Below are positions 10,919-21,486 of a DNA stretch of 64,000 nt, piece by piece. The stretch comes from an uncultured Rivularia sp. (lineage in GTDB: Bacteria; Cyanobacteriota; Cyanobacteriia; Cyanobacteriales; Nostocaceae): assembly GCA_963665115.1 (NCBI GenBank), contig OY762007.1, forward strand, positions 736,001 through 800,000, written 5' to 3'. The translations under genes were made by a program, and so were the position numbers. The stretch's first letter is position 1; each line of letters starts with the position of its first letter. Under the pieces are notes generated by a model. That model saw only the letters and a list, made by a program, of their open reading frames with translations. It searched no databases and was not told the origin of the DNA.

Positions 10919-13021
10919 CTAAGCAATCAAACAAATCAATTGATCTTCTAACTTCGCTTTAGGGTTCATAATTTTTACTTTCCTTTCATCACATAAAGAT
11001 TGAATTAGCAATTTAACATCACTTTCACTCACATCAGAGAATTCTGCGATACATTGTGAAATTAAAGTCATAATTCCCATAAAACTTTGAGTTTTGATAA
11101 GATTGAATAAGAACTCTTTGATTGGTGCAAAATCTATTTCATCGCCATTACCAGTATCTTCCGATTTATCAATAATTTCTAAATTCTGCAACAAAACACA
11201 TTTATCCAATAATTTAGATTCCCGAATTAAGGTTTGTAGTTTTGGTAATTTAATTGTGTTACCAGCAATAACTAACTCCGCCGCTAAAGCAGAATCTACC
11301 AAACTATGATAAGTAGCTAACAGATGGACGGAAGATAGACTTGGCTTAATATGAATATTTTTACTACCTGTAAAAATTTGCTGATAAAGTTGATAACCTT
11401 TAAGCTTTGATGTTCCTAAGTTAGCATTTCTAATCAGATATAGTTTATCGGAAAGCTGTTTATTTATTACTTTATGAGAAGCATTCATAACATTAAAGAA
11501 ACTGATCATGTTAGAATCTTCCGTCCAAACTATTCCTACCCGTTCGCGTTTATCGGGCTGTTGATAGCTCAAAGAATAACCAGCATATTTTCCACTAATA
11601 AGTTTTGGTTCAATCCCGTTAATTTGTAATGCTTCTAAGGTTTCTTTTAACATCCCAATTAAATCGGGTGCTGATAAAAAAGTAATTTTAGAGATTTTAT
11701 CTTTGATTTTCTTAGATTCTTTTTGCCATAGTAGTTGAAATTCAGCTGCAATTGTTTCCTCGTCTTTCGTTCCCTTTGTCGTAGTAATAACTATGGGAGG
11801 TTTATTTTGTCCGGGAATTTTAACAGCAATTGTGCTATTTGCAGCACTACTTTCTTGTCGCGGTATCTCACTACTATCTATCAGCGATAGTTTATATCTG
11901 TGATACTCATTTCTTGCCAAAATTAATGCATTTCTTGGTAGAGTTTTACCACCGAGAAAACTTGATTCTAAAAATTGACGATTTAATGGAAATATATCTA
12001 ATTTAGGTTGTGGTTTGGCTTGTTGATTTAACGGTTTAAGACGATAAGCCCAAAGCGCTTCTACTTGTTCTAAATTGATCCGTTTTAACCTTACCGCTTT
12101 ATCAATTCTAACTCTGTCAGCTTGCTGAATGCGGTCGCAATTTCTATTCCAAGTATTAGTAATGACGCTAATAATAACTAAAAAGTTTTTTAAATAGCTA
12201 TTATGAATAGTTGTATTGATATTAAATAAAGATTGAAAATCCTGAGAACCATCTGCGACACGAGGAATATTGTCCAAATTGTCAAAACATAAAACAATTG
12301 GTTGAGTTTCAATGGAAATTCTACCAAAGTTGGCTAAAATGTTTTTCGCTGCATTTTCTGAATCAATACAGCTATTAACCTTCAAAGCTTGCATCGACTC
12401 TTCACTTAAGTCATCTCCCCGCAACCACTCGCAAGCAATGGGATATAATTCTGGGTTAGTTAAATCGTGCAGTACACCAAAAAAAAAGTCAGGATTGTAA
12501 AGTCCAGTTTGACTGTAAGTTGTTTTGAGATGATGAATAAACTTACGGCGATCGCTCCGCATAAACTGCCAAATACTATCGCTAAAAAGTCGTTGATCTG
12601 AGTTGATTCTAGTAAAGGCTGATAGGCTTTTGAGCCACACGATCAACTGCGACTCTTGCTGTCCTTCCGGAATTTGAATTAAGCTATCAACAGTAGAACG
12701 TAAAACGTGTCGCCAAATATAATCGCTATCAGCCCAAGAACCGATATAAGCAAAAAAGGCTTTAGGATTAAGGGTGTGTTTGAGACGACCTAATAAATAA
12801 CTTTTACCAGAACCAGAATCACCCAAAAGTAACAGGCTGCGGCTACGATTGTCTTTATTAACTAAATCGAGAAAACCTTCAACTTCACTTATTACTTCTT
12901 GATGAATTGAATCAACGCTGTTAGTTGAATCTTGTTTTTCTCCCCAGAAGTTACCCGGTTTCAAATTTATGAGGTCAAAAGGATTAACCTCGCGCTTAAT
13001 AATATTGTTGATAGATGTCAT
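10919..13021 (-). CDS. P-loop ATPase (AAA-type), probably RcaG-like
   Basis: GDSGSGKS Walker A, VLCFDNLD Walker B; lies directly downstream of the RcaD-like gene. Confidence 0.8.
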   Translation of the reverse strand: MTSINNIIKREVNPFDLINLKPGNFWGEKQDSTNSVDSIHQEVISEVEGFLDLVNKDNRSRSLLLLGDSGSGKSYLLGRLKHTLNPKAFFAYIGSWADSDYIWRHVLRSTVDSLIQIPEGQQESQLIVWLKSLSAFTRINSDQRLFSDSIWQFMRSDRRKFIHHLKTTYSQTGLYNPDFFFGVLHDLTNPELYPIACEWLRGDDLSEESMQALKVNSCIDSENAAKNILANFGRISIETQPIVLCFDNLDNIPRVADGSQDFQSLFNINTTIHNSYLKNFLVIISVITNTWNRNCDRIQQADRVRIDKAVRLKRINLEQVEALWAYRLKPLNQQAKPQPKLDIFPLNRQFLESSFLGGKTLPRNALILARNEYHRYKLSLIDSSEIPRQESSAANSTIAVKIPGQNKPPIVITTTKGTKDEETIAAEFQLLWQKESKKIKDKISKITFLSAPDLIGMLKETLEALQINGIEPKLISGKYAGYSLSYQQPDKRERVGIVWTEDSNMISFFNVMNASHKVINKQLSDKLYLIRNANLGTSKLKGYQLYQQIFTGSKNIHIKPSLSSVHLLATYHSLVDSALAAELVIAGNTIKLPKLQTLIRESKLLDKCVLLQNLEIIDKSEDTGNGDEIDFAPIKEFLFNLIKTQSFMGIMTLISQCIAEFSDVSESDVKLLIQSLCDERKVKIMNPKAKLEDQLICLIA

Positions 13022-13084
13022 GCTAAAACTATGGTGTGAGTCGCGAATCGAAATTAAAAATAGTCCAAAAAGTACCTATGATAG

Positions 13085-13948
13085 CTATTCAACTGAGATA
13101 AAGAACAACGGACCGCCAACATTTTGCTCAATTCCACTCTCAATTTGTTCGGAAGTATAAGCATTAGCTTCCTGTAAAGTACTCAACTCAATTTTGTCGT
13201 CAGCTTGTAGTTGAAAAAGAACTTGATCTAATTCATCCCGTGACAACGGTGGCTGCAACTTTTCTCGCAAATAGAAGATAGGTAAATAATCCTTTGTACC
13301 TAACTCTTTATCTAATTTCTGGATAATTTGTAAAATATCTTCATCAGTTAAACTGTTACTCTTCTCATTAACCTGCTCCTGCTCGCTAGTAATAACAGGT
13401 GCAGCAACAATAGCTTCTTCCGACTTTCCTTTCAAAGACTTCCGCAAAAAGCGCAGGTAATTATTTAATAAATCCAAACTTATCGTCGGATTAGTCCCCT
13501 TCTTCGGGCTAAAATCATCCCGTAAAAACTCAATACCTCGTTCAGTCAGCCAAACTTCCGCTTTCGTCTTCTTCAGCTTGATTTCAGTCTCAATCAAACC
13601 ACGACTGCCCAAACTTCTTAAAATCTCTTCCTTCTGTGCAGCCTTCAACGAAGACTTAATCTTGCTTGGTGCAATTTTACCTGAAGCTTTACTAACATTC
13701 TCCAGCACCTTAAGTTCCTTATCTGTAATCGGAATCTCAGCCGCATCCAGTTCCAACAACGCTTGCCCCGGAGGTAAAATCTTTACACCAGCAACCTCAC
13801 GGGAGTAATCGACTATTTCGCGATCGCCCAAATTTTGGCAAATAGTATTTTTACCTTTAAATGATTTAAAAATATTGCCGCTCAAGCTTGAACGGTAATT
13901 TTCGCACCCCAATAGCTTAAGTAAGAACTTTAACTCGTTTGTATCCAT
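13085..13948 (-). CDS. rcaD: Winged-helix DNA-binding protein resembling cyanobacterial RcaD
   Basis: MDTNELKFLLKLLG start, WLTERGIEFL and LPIFYLREKL...LSRDELDQ wHTH-like segments; name from my recollection of Calothrix RcaD, not verified. Confidence 0.55.
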   Translation of the reverse strand: MDTNELKFLLKLLGCENYRSSLSGNIFKSFKGKNTICQNLGDREIVDYSREVAGVKILPPGQALLELDAAEIPITDKELKVLENVSKASGKIAPSKIKSSLKAAQKEEILRSLGSRGLIETEIKLKKTKAEVWLTERGIEFLRDDFSPKKGTNPTISLDLLNNYLRFLRKSLKGKSEEAIVAAPVITSEQEQVNEKSNSLTDEDILQIIQKLDKELGTKDYLPIFYLREKLQPPLSRDELDQVLFQLQADDKIELSTLQEANAYTSEQIESGIEQNVGGPLFFISVE

Positions 13949-14530
13949 ACAATTAATCTTGCCTGTATATCAGCCAGCACTATTTGACCGAGAAGGTCAT
14001 TAGTTTGTTTCCTTTTTTATACTAACCGTCATGTGCTGTTAATACGCTGCAAGATTAATAATTAAAAAGAGTGAGGAGTTATGAATACTTAATTGTTTCT
14101 TTGTCTCCCCCTTCGGGTAAGGCTAACGCCTCGCTCCGCTAACACCACTTTGCTCGTACTGCGGGAACCTCCGCACACAAGTGGATTCACCATCCCCCAT
14201 CCACCTGTAAAAACCATAAAATTTATGTGATTTTTTGCATCAGTAGCTTGAGGTTGTATTTATTACATACAAAAGTAATGTGGCTGTGAGATAATCAGCA
14301 AATTACCAGTTATTTTCTGCGTTCAAAGAGTTATAGAGGTTATTCAGATTGCCTTTTAATCCAGAACTTTGCCGTAACGAAAGCGAATCAGATTATTGCG
14401 ATGTAGTTAATTCGGTTAAAGGATTAGGTGATAAAACAATATTAACTATCATTGACGAATGGTCAAAATAACTCCTAATTCCTAACTCATAACTGTTCAC
14501 TGTTCACTGCTCACTGCTCACTGTTTCCCC

Positions 14531-15475
14531 TCACCCCTTAACTTTCCGCAAAGCATCAAACGCTCTAGCCCTAACGCCCAAAGGTAACAAAGACAACCCC
14601 AAACCAGTCCAGGCTTTAGCCGTAGAAAAAGATTTACCTTTCCTAACCAACTCTCTTCCTTTATCAGTTTCACCAGTTTCAATTAATCGCAAACCCAACA
14701 ATAATTGAGTTTCGTGCAAACGTTTTAATCTAATATTCTCCAACTTCTCAGAATCAAATTTATAGCTTTGTAAATACTGCTGCTTACCTGTAAAATAAGG
14801 AATTGCGCGATTAATTCCTTGCTGCTCTGCATGAACTCGATATTCCATCAACAACTTCGGCAAATAATAACCCTTCTTCCTAGCCAAAGCTAACCGCACG
14901 AATAAATCATTATCCTCACAATTTTGCCAATTCGGCTGCATAAATCCGACTTCGACAACAGTTTGACGGCGAAATAAAGTTGCACCAATTTGAAAGCTTT
15001 GATTTACAAACACGGCTTCCAAAAGATTATTTACCACACCTGACGCTAAATCTTCTCTTCCCCATTTACGGGAATTTTCCTTAGTCTGAGCTTCATCGCG
15101 CTGATTATTAATATCAATTATCCAATGGTCAGTACCAACAAAATCTATAGTAGAATCTTCCAAGATTGCAGCAGTTTCCGCAATAAAATCTGGAGTTAAT
15201 CTGTCATCATCATCAAACTTGATAAAATAATCGCCAGTCGCCGCATCAAAACCGGAACGCATATTATTACTTTTACCAATATTTTGATGATGGCGAATAT
15301 ATTTAATTCGATTATCTTTATACTTAGACATTAAATCCGCAGTACCATCGCTAGAACCATCATCGCAAACAATCAATTCAAAATCTTGATAAGTTTGTTT
15401 GAGTACGCTATCAATCGCAACAGGTAGTAAATCAATGCGGTTAAATGTAGGAATGCAAATACTTACTTTAGGCAT
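14531..15475 (-). CDS. Glycosyltransferase family 2
   Basis: KVSICIPTFNR, VCDDGSSD, FDDDD motifs. Confidence 0.92.
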   Translation of the reverse strand: MPKVSICIPTFNRIDLLPVAIDSVLKQTYQDFELIVCDDGSSDGTADLMSKYKDNRIKYIRHHQNIGKSNNMRSGFDAATGDYFIKFDDDDRLTPDFIAETAAILEDSTIDFVGTDHWIIDINNQRDEAQTKENSRKWGREDLASGVVNNLLEAVFVNQSFQIGATLFRRQTVVEVGFMQPNWQNCEDNDLFVRLALARKKGYYLPKLLMEYRVHAEQQGINRAIPYFTGKQQYLQSYKFDSEKLENIRLKRLHETQLLLGLRLIETGETDKGRELVRKGKSFSTAKAWTGLGLSLLPLGVRARAFDALRKVKG

Positions 15476-15523
15476 AATATTTAATTAGGGAATTGGGGAT
15501 TGTGAATTGGGAATCGGAAGTTT

Positions 15524-15777
15524 GTAGTGCGAGCATCTTGCTCGCTGTAAATAAAAATCTTACTCGCGATTTCTAAAAATCCTGCTTACTGTAAATAAAA
15601 ATCTTACTCGCGATTTCTAAAAATCTTGCTCGCTGTAAATAAAAATCTTACTCGCGATTTCTAAAAATCCTGCTTACTGTAAATAAAAATCTTACTCGCG
15701 ATTTCTAAAAATCCTGCTCGCTGTAAATAAAAATCTTGCTTGCTGTAAATCAATAGGGAGCGAGACGCTCCCACTAC
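15524..15777. repeat. REPIN-like element with internal 44-bp tandem repeat (4+ copies)
   Basis: Ends GTAGTGCGAGCATCTTGCTCGCT and AGGGAGCGAGACGCTCCCACTAC; unit CTGTAAATAAAAATCTTACTCGCGATTTCTAAAAATCCTGCTTA. Confidence 0.85.
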
Positions 15778-15853
15778 GGTATAGCTCCTAATTTTTTAAT
15801 CCTCCATGCCCCATGCCCCATGCCCAATTTTAACAAGTAGATATGTACACTTA

Positions 15854-16906
15854 TTAGGCTTTAAAAATCAACTCAACCCCTTCTTTCGCTGTCTTAGATT
15901 CATTTAAAATAAATTCATTTGGTCTTTGGTATTCTCTGAAGAGTTTTTCAATAGTATGTAATTCTATAGGTTCCATAAAATCGAACAATCTTAACTCAGG
16001 AAGCATTTCTGTTTTATCAATATAATGGTGAATTTTTGTATTTGCAGCGCTAATTCCAATGCTAGGTATGCCGAGGATATCAGCTAAAATAACAGAGTGC
16101 AAGCGGTTGCCAAAGTGTAAATCCATATCGCTTAAAATTTCTACAAACTCTATTGGCTTCTCCCAAGAGTGCAGTTTATAGTTAGATTCGGGTAAATATT
16201 TTTTAAGTAAGTGATGAAACTTATTATCGTTTCTTTCTTCTCCTACATGGGCTGGTAATAAATGAATGACTGAATTGTATTTTTCAATCAAGGGCATTAA
16301 CTGTTGCGCGTAAAATTCCCCTCTGCCATCTCCCCACCAAAATTTACCAGAAAAAGAAATATTTTTGATTTCGTTCTTATTTTTTTCTTTTATATAAGAT
16401 TGGTAATAATTTAAATCTAAAAATGCTAAATCGCCACCCAAACAACAGGCTTTAACTGGCTTGAGCTTTTGCAGAGCCGATTCGTAAGATTGTTTGTCTC
16501 TTAAATAGAGTAAATCGGCATTTTGAAAAACTTGGCTTTTATTTTCTTTTTCATCTGAATTAATAGTTTCCAAACCCACGCCAAGGAAGCCGAAACGTTT
16601 CCCAGTCCATTTTGATAATGACTGCAATCTTAACAAATTGGTGGGTTTCTCTTCGATATTTAAAGTTCCACCACCCCACATCAAGCAGTCGCTTTGTAAA
16701 ATAATCGCAAGTCTTTTTAATTTATTTAAATTACTTGCAGCAAAAAACTTAACTTTATCTGTGGTGCGTTCGTAATAATCTTCTTGGCAAAAAACGAATA
16801 TCTTTTTAACATCTTGTTTTTTAGCAAAATAATCGATTAACTGACGTAAAAATAAATCATCACCAACATTGTGAAAACCATAATATCCCATCAATAAAAT
16901 ATTCAT
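15854..16906 (-). CDS. Polysaccharide pyruvyl transferase family protein
   Basis: MGYYGFHNVGDD, WGGG, YLRDKQS, RLHSVILA motifs. Confidence 0.88.
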   Translation of the reverse strand: MNILLMGYYGFHNVGDDLFLRQLIDYFAKKQDVKKIFVFCQEDYYERTTDKVKFFAASNLNKLKRLAIILQSDCLMWGGGTLNIEEKPTNLLRLQSLSKWTGKRFGFLGVGLETINSDEKENKSQVFQNADLLYLRDKQSYESALQKLKPVKACCLGGDLAFLDLNYYQSYIKEKNKNEIKNISFSGKFWWGDGRGEFYAQQLMPLIEKYNSVIHLLPAHVGEERNDNKFHHLLKKYLPESNYKLHSWEKPIEFVEILSDMDLHFGNRLHSVILADILGIPSIGISAANTKIHHYIDKTEMLPELRLFDFMEPIELHTIEKLFREYQRPNEFILNESKTAKEGVELIFKA

Positions 16907-17129
16907 TTTAATTCTCCTTACGAAAAAATAGATGTTTAATCTTATTCAGAACAATATTTACTAAATTATTGACATTAATTAATTAGCAAATATATCATAG
17001 TGTTTTAATAAAACAATTATTATTAATATTCAAATAAATTGAAATCTTTCCGGATATTAATAAACTAAATATTGCAAATTATATAGACAATAAGTCTAAT
17101 TATTTCAATTCAAAACAACACAAAATCCT

Positions 17130-18347
17130 ATGAACATCTTAATGCTGTCTTCTACATTTCCTTATCCACCTACTCGCGGTGGAACTCAAGTTAGAACTTT
17201 TAATTTACTTAAGTATTTAACGAAAAATCATCACATTACCCTGGTGACTCAACCCGAACCCGGAGTTACTGAAACAGAAATCGAAGGATTGCGCGATTGT
17301 GTGGATAAACTAGTCCTTTTTAATCGTCCCCATGACTCCGGTACCACCGGAGGAATACTGAAAAAAATTCAGCGTCTGAATAAATTTGTCAGTGAAGGTA
17401 TCCCCCCAAGCGTATTCAATCGCTACTCTGTGGAAATGCAAAACTGGATTGATAACTACGTAGAAGCAGGTAAATGCGACACCATTACCAGCGAACACAG
17501 CGTTAATGAAATTTATATCCGCCCTAGTTTCCAAAAAAAGATACGTACCGTAGTTAACGTTCACAGTTCAGTATACGGTAGCTGTCTCAATCAATTACAA
17601 AACGGAATATCTGAAAATGCTTTAAGAGATAAAATTAATTTACCTTTATTGCGTCGTTATGAAAAAACCTACTGCAATAAATTTTCGGCAATTGTAGCGA
17701 CAACCGAAGAAGACAAAATTCAGCTAGGGGAATTTAACTCACAAAGCGAAATGATGGTGATTCCCAACGGTGTAGATTTAGTCATGTTTCCCAATCGTAC
17801 AGCAGATCCAGGAGGACACCGTTTAGTTTTCATCGGTGCAATGGATAATTTAGCAAACATTGATTCTGTATGCTTTTTCTGTAACGAAGTATTACCCGAA
17901 ATTCAAAAAAAATATCCCGACACAACCTTTGATATAGTAGGCTCTCGCCCTGTTGCAGAAGTATTAGCGCTCAAAGAGAAACCCGGAGTTAACGTAACCG
18001 GAAAAGTCCCTTCAATGGCAGAATACTTACACAAATCCACAGTTTGCGTAGTGTCAATGCGGACTGGTTTCGGAATCAAGAACAAAACCTTAGAAGCAAT
18101 GGCTGCTGGTATACCCGTCGTCGGCAGCGACAGAGGTTTAGAAGGATTAGCTGTAGATGGTGAAAATGTAGAATTAAAGGCATTACGAGCGAATAAACCG
18201 CAAGAATATGTAAATGCCATTAGTAAGTTATTTGAGAATCCGCAACTAAGAGCAGAATTATCTCACAACGCCAGAAAATTAGTAGAAACAGAATTTACCT
18301 GGGAAAGTGCTGGAAAACGTTACGAACAAGTTTGTGTTGGCAAATAA
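17130..18347 (+). CDS. Glycosyltransferase family 4
   Basis: FPYPPTRGG, VIPNGVD, KNKTLEAMAAGIPVV. Confidence 0.92.
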   Translation: MNILMLSSTFPYPPTRGGTQVRTFNLLKYLTKNHHITLVTQPEPGVTETEIEGLRDCVDKLVLFNRPHDSGTTGGILKKIQRLNKFVSEGIPPSVFNRYSVEMQNWIDNYVEAGKCDTITSEHSVNEIYIRPSFQKKIRTVVNVHSSVYGSCLNQLQNGISENALRDKINLPLLRRYEKTYCNKFSAIVATTEEDKIQLGEFNSQSEMMVIPNGVDLVMFPNRTADPGGHRLVFIGAMDNLANIDSVCFFCNEVLPEIQKKYPDTTFDIVGSRPVAEVLALKEKPGVNVTGKVPSMAEYLHKSTVCVVSMRTGFGIKNKTLEAMAAGIPVVGSDRGLEGLAVDGENVELKALRANKPQEYVNAISKLFENPQLRAELSHNARKLVETEFTWESAGKRYEQVCVGK

Positions 18348-18353
18348 ATTGGT

Positions 18354-18500
18354 GTAGAGACGTAGCAGTGCTACGTCTCCCGACGTTTGAAAGAAAACAA
18401 ACCATTGATAACAAACGAAGAATAGTAGTCAAACGCATTAATTATAATGGGTTAGTTTTTCTACAAACCGTAAAGAGACGTAGCACTGCTACGTCTCTAC
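18354..18500. repeat. Inverted REP pair (GTAGAGACGTAGCAGTGCTACGTCTC...GAGACGTAGCACTGCTACGTCTCTAC) between convergent genes
   Basis: Two inverted hairpins of the family seen at 244 and 1077. Confidence 0.8.
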
Positions 18501-18559
18501 ATTTAATTACATCGATTTATTTATTCGTTACTTTGTCTTCAACCCCTAACTATTTACCT

Positions 18560-18859
18560 TTACTGTTTCAATCCGAAGCCAATCCGACTGTATACCGGAA
18601 TCCTGACACGTTCAGCTTTCTGGATATTAGCGGTTGCAGATGAGGGTTGTGACTGGGAAATATTAATAACCTCATTTTGATTTACAGCTTTAGATTTTTT
18701 CAATCTTGATATTATGCTTTCATTAGTTATGGAAGATTGAGAAGATGCAATAATATCCGCGTTTGTTTCTGCTGCCGTTTGAGCTTGAGATGGCATTGCA
18801 ACCAAAGCAGAACCAACCGCTAAAGCTAATGCAAGCAGACAAGAAGTATTTTGATGCAT
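18560..18859 (-). CDS. Small secreted hypothetical protein
   Basis: Signal-peptide-like N-terminus ending SQA; co-oriented downstream of the porin. Confidence 0.65.
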   Translation of the reverse strand: MHQNTSCLLALALAVGSALVAMPSQAQTAAETNADIIASSQSSITNESIISRLKKSKAVNQNEVINISQSQPSSATANIQKAERVRIPVYSRIGFGLKQ

Positions 18860-19457
18860 ATTTGTTCTAGTTGCTTATAAAATTGGATAAAAGTCTTGTT
18901 TTTAATATCATCATTGCGTTGCAAAAAAAGGTTTTTTTTATCAAGCAAGTGGATACAGCACAAGAAAAATGAAAAATGTTGATTTGTAAATGATTTGCTG
19001 CGCCTTTCTAACCGATATAAATACGATTCATAAATGCGCTCTGAAAACCCGATCGTTATTAAGATATGCGTTTATAGCGCAACTACTTAAAATGTAATGC
19101 TCGATCAATATTCTTTTCAAGAGGAAAAACACTGAAATGAGGTATCTATTTTATGGCTGAGATATTATAAATGCCACTGCCGCATATTTGACTATTTTAT
19201 TTAACTATATGAATTCTTTATATGGTAATAGGATAGGGCATTGGGCATAGTAAATTAACTTTTTAACAGATAAACATTAAAATGAATGCTCGTTTAACTG
19301 ATATAAAATGATAGATGAAAATTAGTAGCAAAAATGAAGTATATTTTTCGACGGTTAGCGGGTTGATTGCCCTGATAACTAGATTTATTATTAATAGGAA
19401 ACACTAATTTCTTATCCAATGCCCAATACCCAATGCCCTATCCCCAATTCGCAATTA

Positions 19458-21183
19458 TTAAAACGTAAAACTAGTCCTTAAAATACCAATAGTAATTGAA
19501 TCACTATCGGGTGTATGACCGGGTTCTATAATGTGAATAATTCCTGGAGTTAAACTCATATTATCGTTCAATCGCCAACGATAAAAAGCTTCGATATGAG
19601 TAGTAGTACCGGGTTGTCCACCTTCGCTTCCATTACCACCGTCTAAAAGGTCTGGTACATTATTACCTACAGGTAAGTTGCTACTAACAATTTTTGGTGG
19701 CTGCCCTACATAAACTCCACCTAAATTACCTTTACCAAATAAGTCGGGAAAATTAAGATAAACCATATAGTTAGTCATTTCTACATCTCCCGATTCTCCA
19801 GGAATACGAGAATTAGTATAACCAGCCCAGCCACCCAACGTAACCCCTCGTGAAATATCCCAATTGACGGTAGCGCCAAAGCCATTAGTTTGTAAAGGTC
19901 TTCCGGGAACTGCAAAACAATTAACGGCAGTTAAACAACTATCACCTGCGTAACTAAACAAAGAGCCATTGGGCGAATAATTATTAACGTAATATAAACC
20001 GACATCAAAAGTCTTAGCAGGTGTCAGTAACAATTGTGCTGCTGCCGTTGTGCTTCCATCAAATAACCCTGCGCGTTTTCCCGGATTTCCTATATCTCTG
20101 GCGCTATAAATTGCTTGCACGCTCGCACGTTTGGCGAATTGCCAATCAAAAGCGATACCACCATTTTCAAAATCCAGATTTAAAATTGGGTTTCGTTGTG
20201 CAAAGAATGACAAAGGGCCCGTTGGCTGCATTTTCAGCACGGTTGGGACCTCTAAATGAACGCACCATATCAACTCCTTTAGTTCCCACCATCATCGCTA
20301 AATTTTTAGTCAGAAGTTGGTGAAAATGCAAATCGCTTAAAACAAAATCGTTTCCCAAAGGAGGTTCGTAGCCAAGTATAAAGTCATTAGTTAATTTCGG
20401 ACTTGTCGAACCATTCGCAGTAAAAAGACCTGTTACCAAGAAACTACGCGGGTTGAATTGACTGGTTAAATATAGCTGATTGAAGTTAATAATATTAGTG
20501 TTAGTCCCTGGGTCATTAGTATCTTTTACACCGTCTCTTGGAGAAGTATCGGCGCGGTTTTCACCTCTACCATGAATACCAACGATTGCAATTCCCCTAA
20601 GTTTAGTTGTTACCGAAAATTTATTAGCTTCGATATCAGCAGCGCGAGATTCCGCTTCATCAACTCTTCCTCTCAATGTTGCTAATTCAGCACCAAATTC
20701 TTGCTGCAATTTTTGTAAAGTTGCTAAATCATCACGGGTGACTATATTACTCGCTGCTGTAGCGATCAACTCATTTACTCTTTCCAAACAAGCATTCAAA
20801 CCCGCAGCAAATTCATAGCGAGTTAAAGCACGATTTCCGCGATAAGTTCCATTCGGATAACCTGCAATACATCCGTAACGCTCCACCAAAGACTGCAATG
20901 ATTGAAACGCCCAATCTGCTGGCTGTACATCTCTAAATTGAGAAACCGAATTAACTTGTCCCATCGGATTTACATCCAATGAGTTGTCAGGTTCAATAAG
21001 TGGCTGAGAAATCTTAAACTGTTCTGTATCTTGTATCTCGAATTTTGTCTCCACCGTTCCTTGATTAGGGATAGTGAAATCTAATTCAACAGAAGCCAGT
21101 TCCTTAGACATTGCTTTATCTGGAAATCCGGTAATTCCCGCAGCCAAAAAACAGATAATTAGAGAAATTTTACTTGTTTTCAA
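19458..21183 (-). CDS. Cyanobacterial outer-membrane porin (SLH + OprB-like barrel); split by one extra base at ~20215-20220
   Basis: SVSQFRDVQPADWAFQSLQSLVERYGCIAGYP SLH motif and C-terminal LRTSFTF; frames join at GGGCCC. Confidence 0.9.
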
Positions 21184-21486
21184 CTTTTTACACTGTTGTA
21201 TATATACAACGGTTGAGCGTATCTAATAATTTTTCATAATGACATGGGTGATGATACGGATTTTTAACAAAGGTCATTAAGTTAATTTTTAAGTAATATC
21301 TCTGAAGCGCGAGTATAAAAGAAAAAGCTAGTACTGTTACGGGGAATTTAAAATCAAAGATTTATAAAGTGATTTAAAGGGCTTATGTTTTATTTTGATT
21401 TTCAACGATGTTTTATCGTGACACAAGCAATTTAAGATTTCAGATCGAGTAAGAGTATCTTTTGTGACTGGAATATAGTTTTAACA

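Noticed and set aside
10641..10934. 97-aa ORF between the ATPase and the FtsK fusion
   Set aside because: Made of a MITE-like element and a REP pair; likely spurious
18332..18643. 103-aa ORF after the GT4 gene
   Set aside because: Spans an inverted REP pair and overlaps a convergent gene
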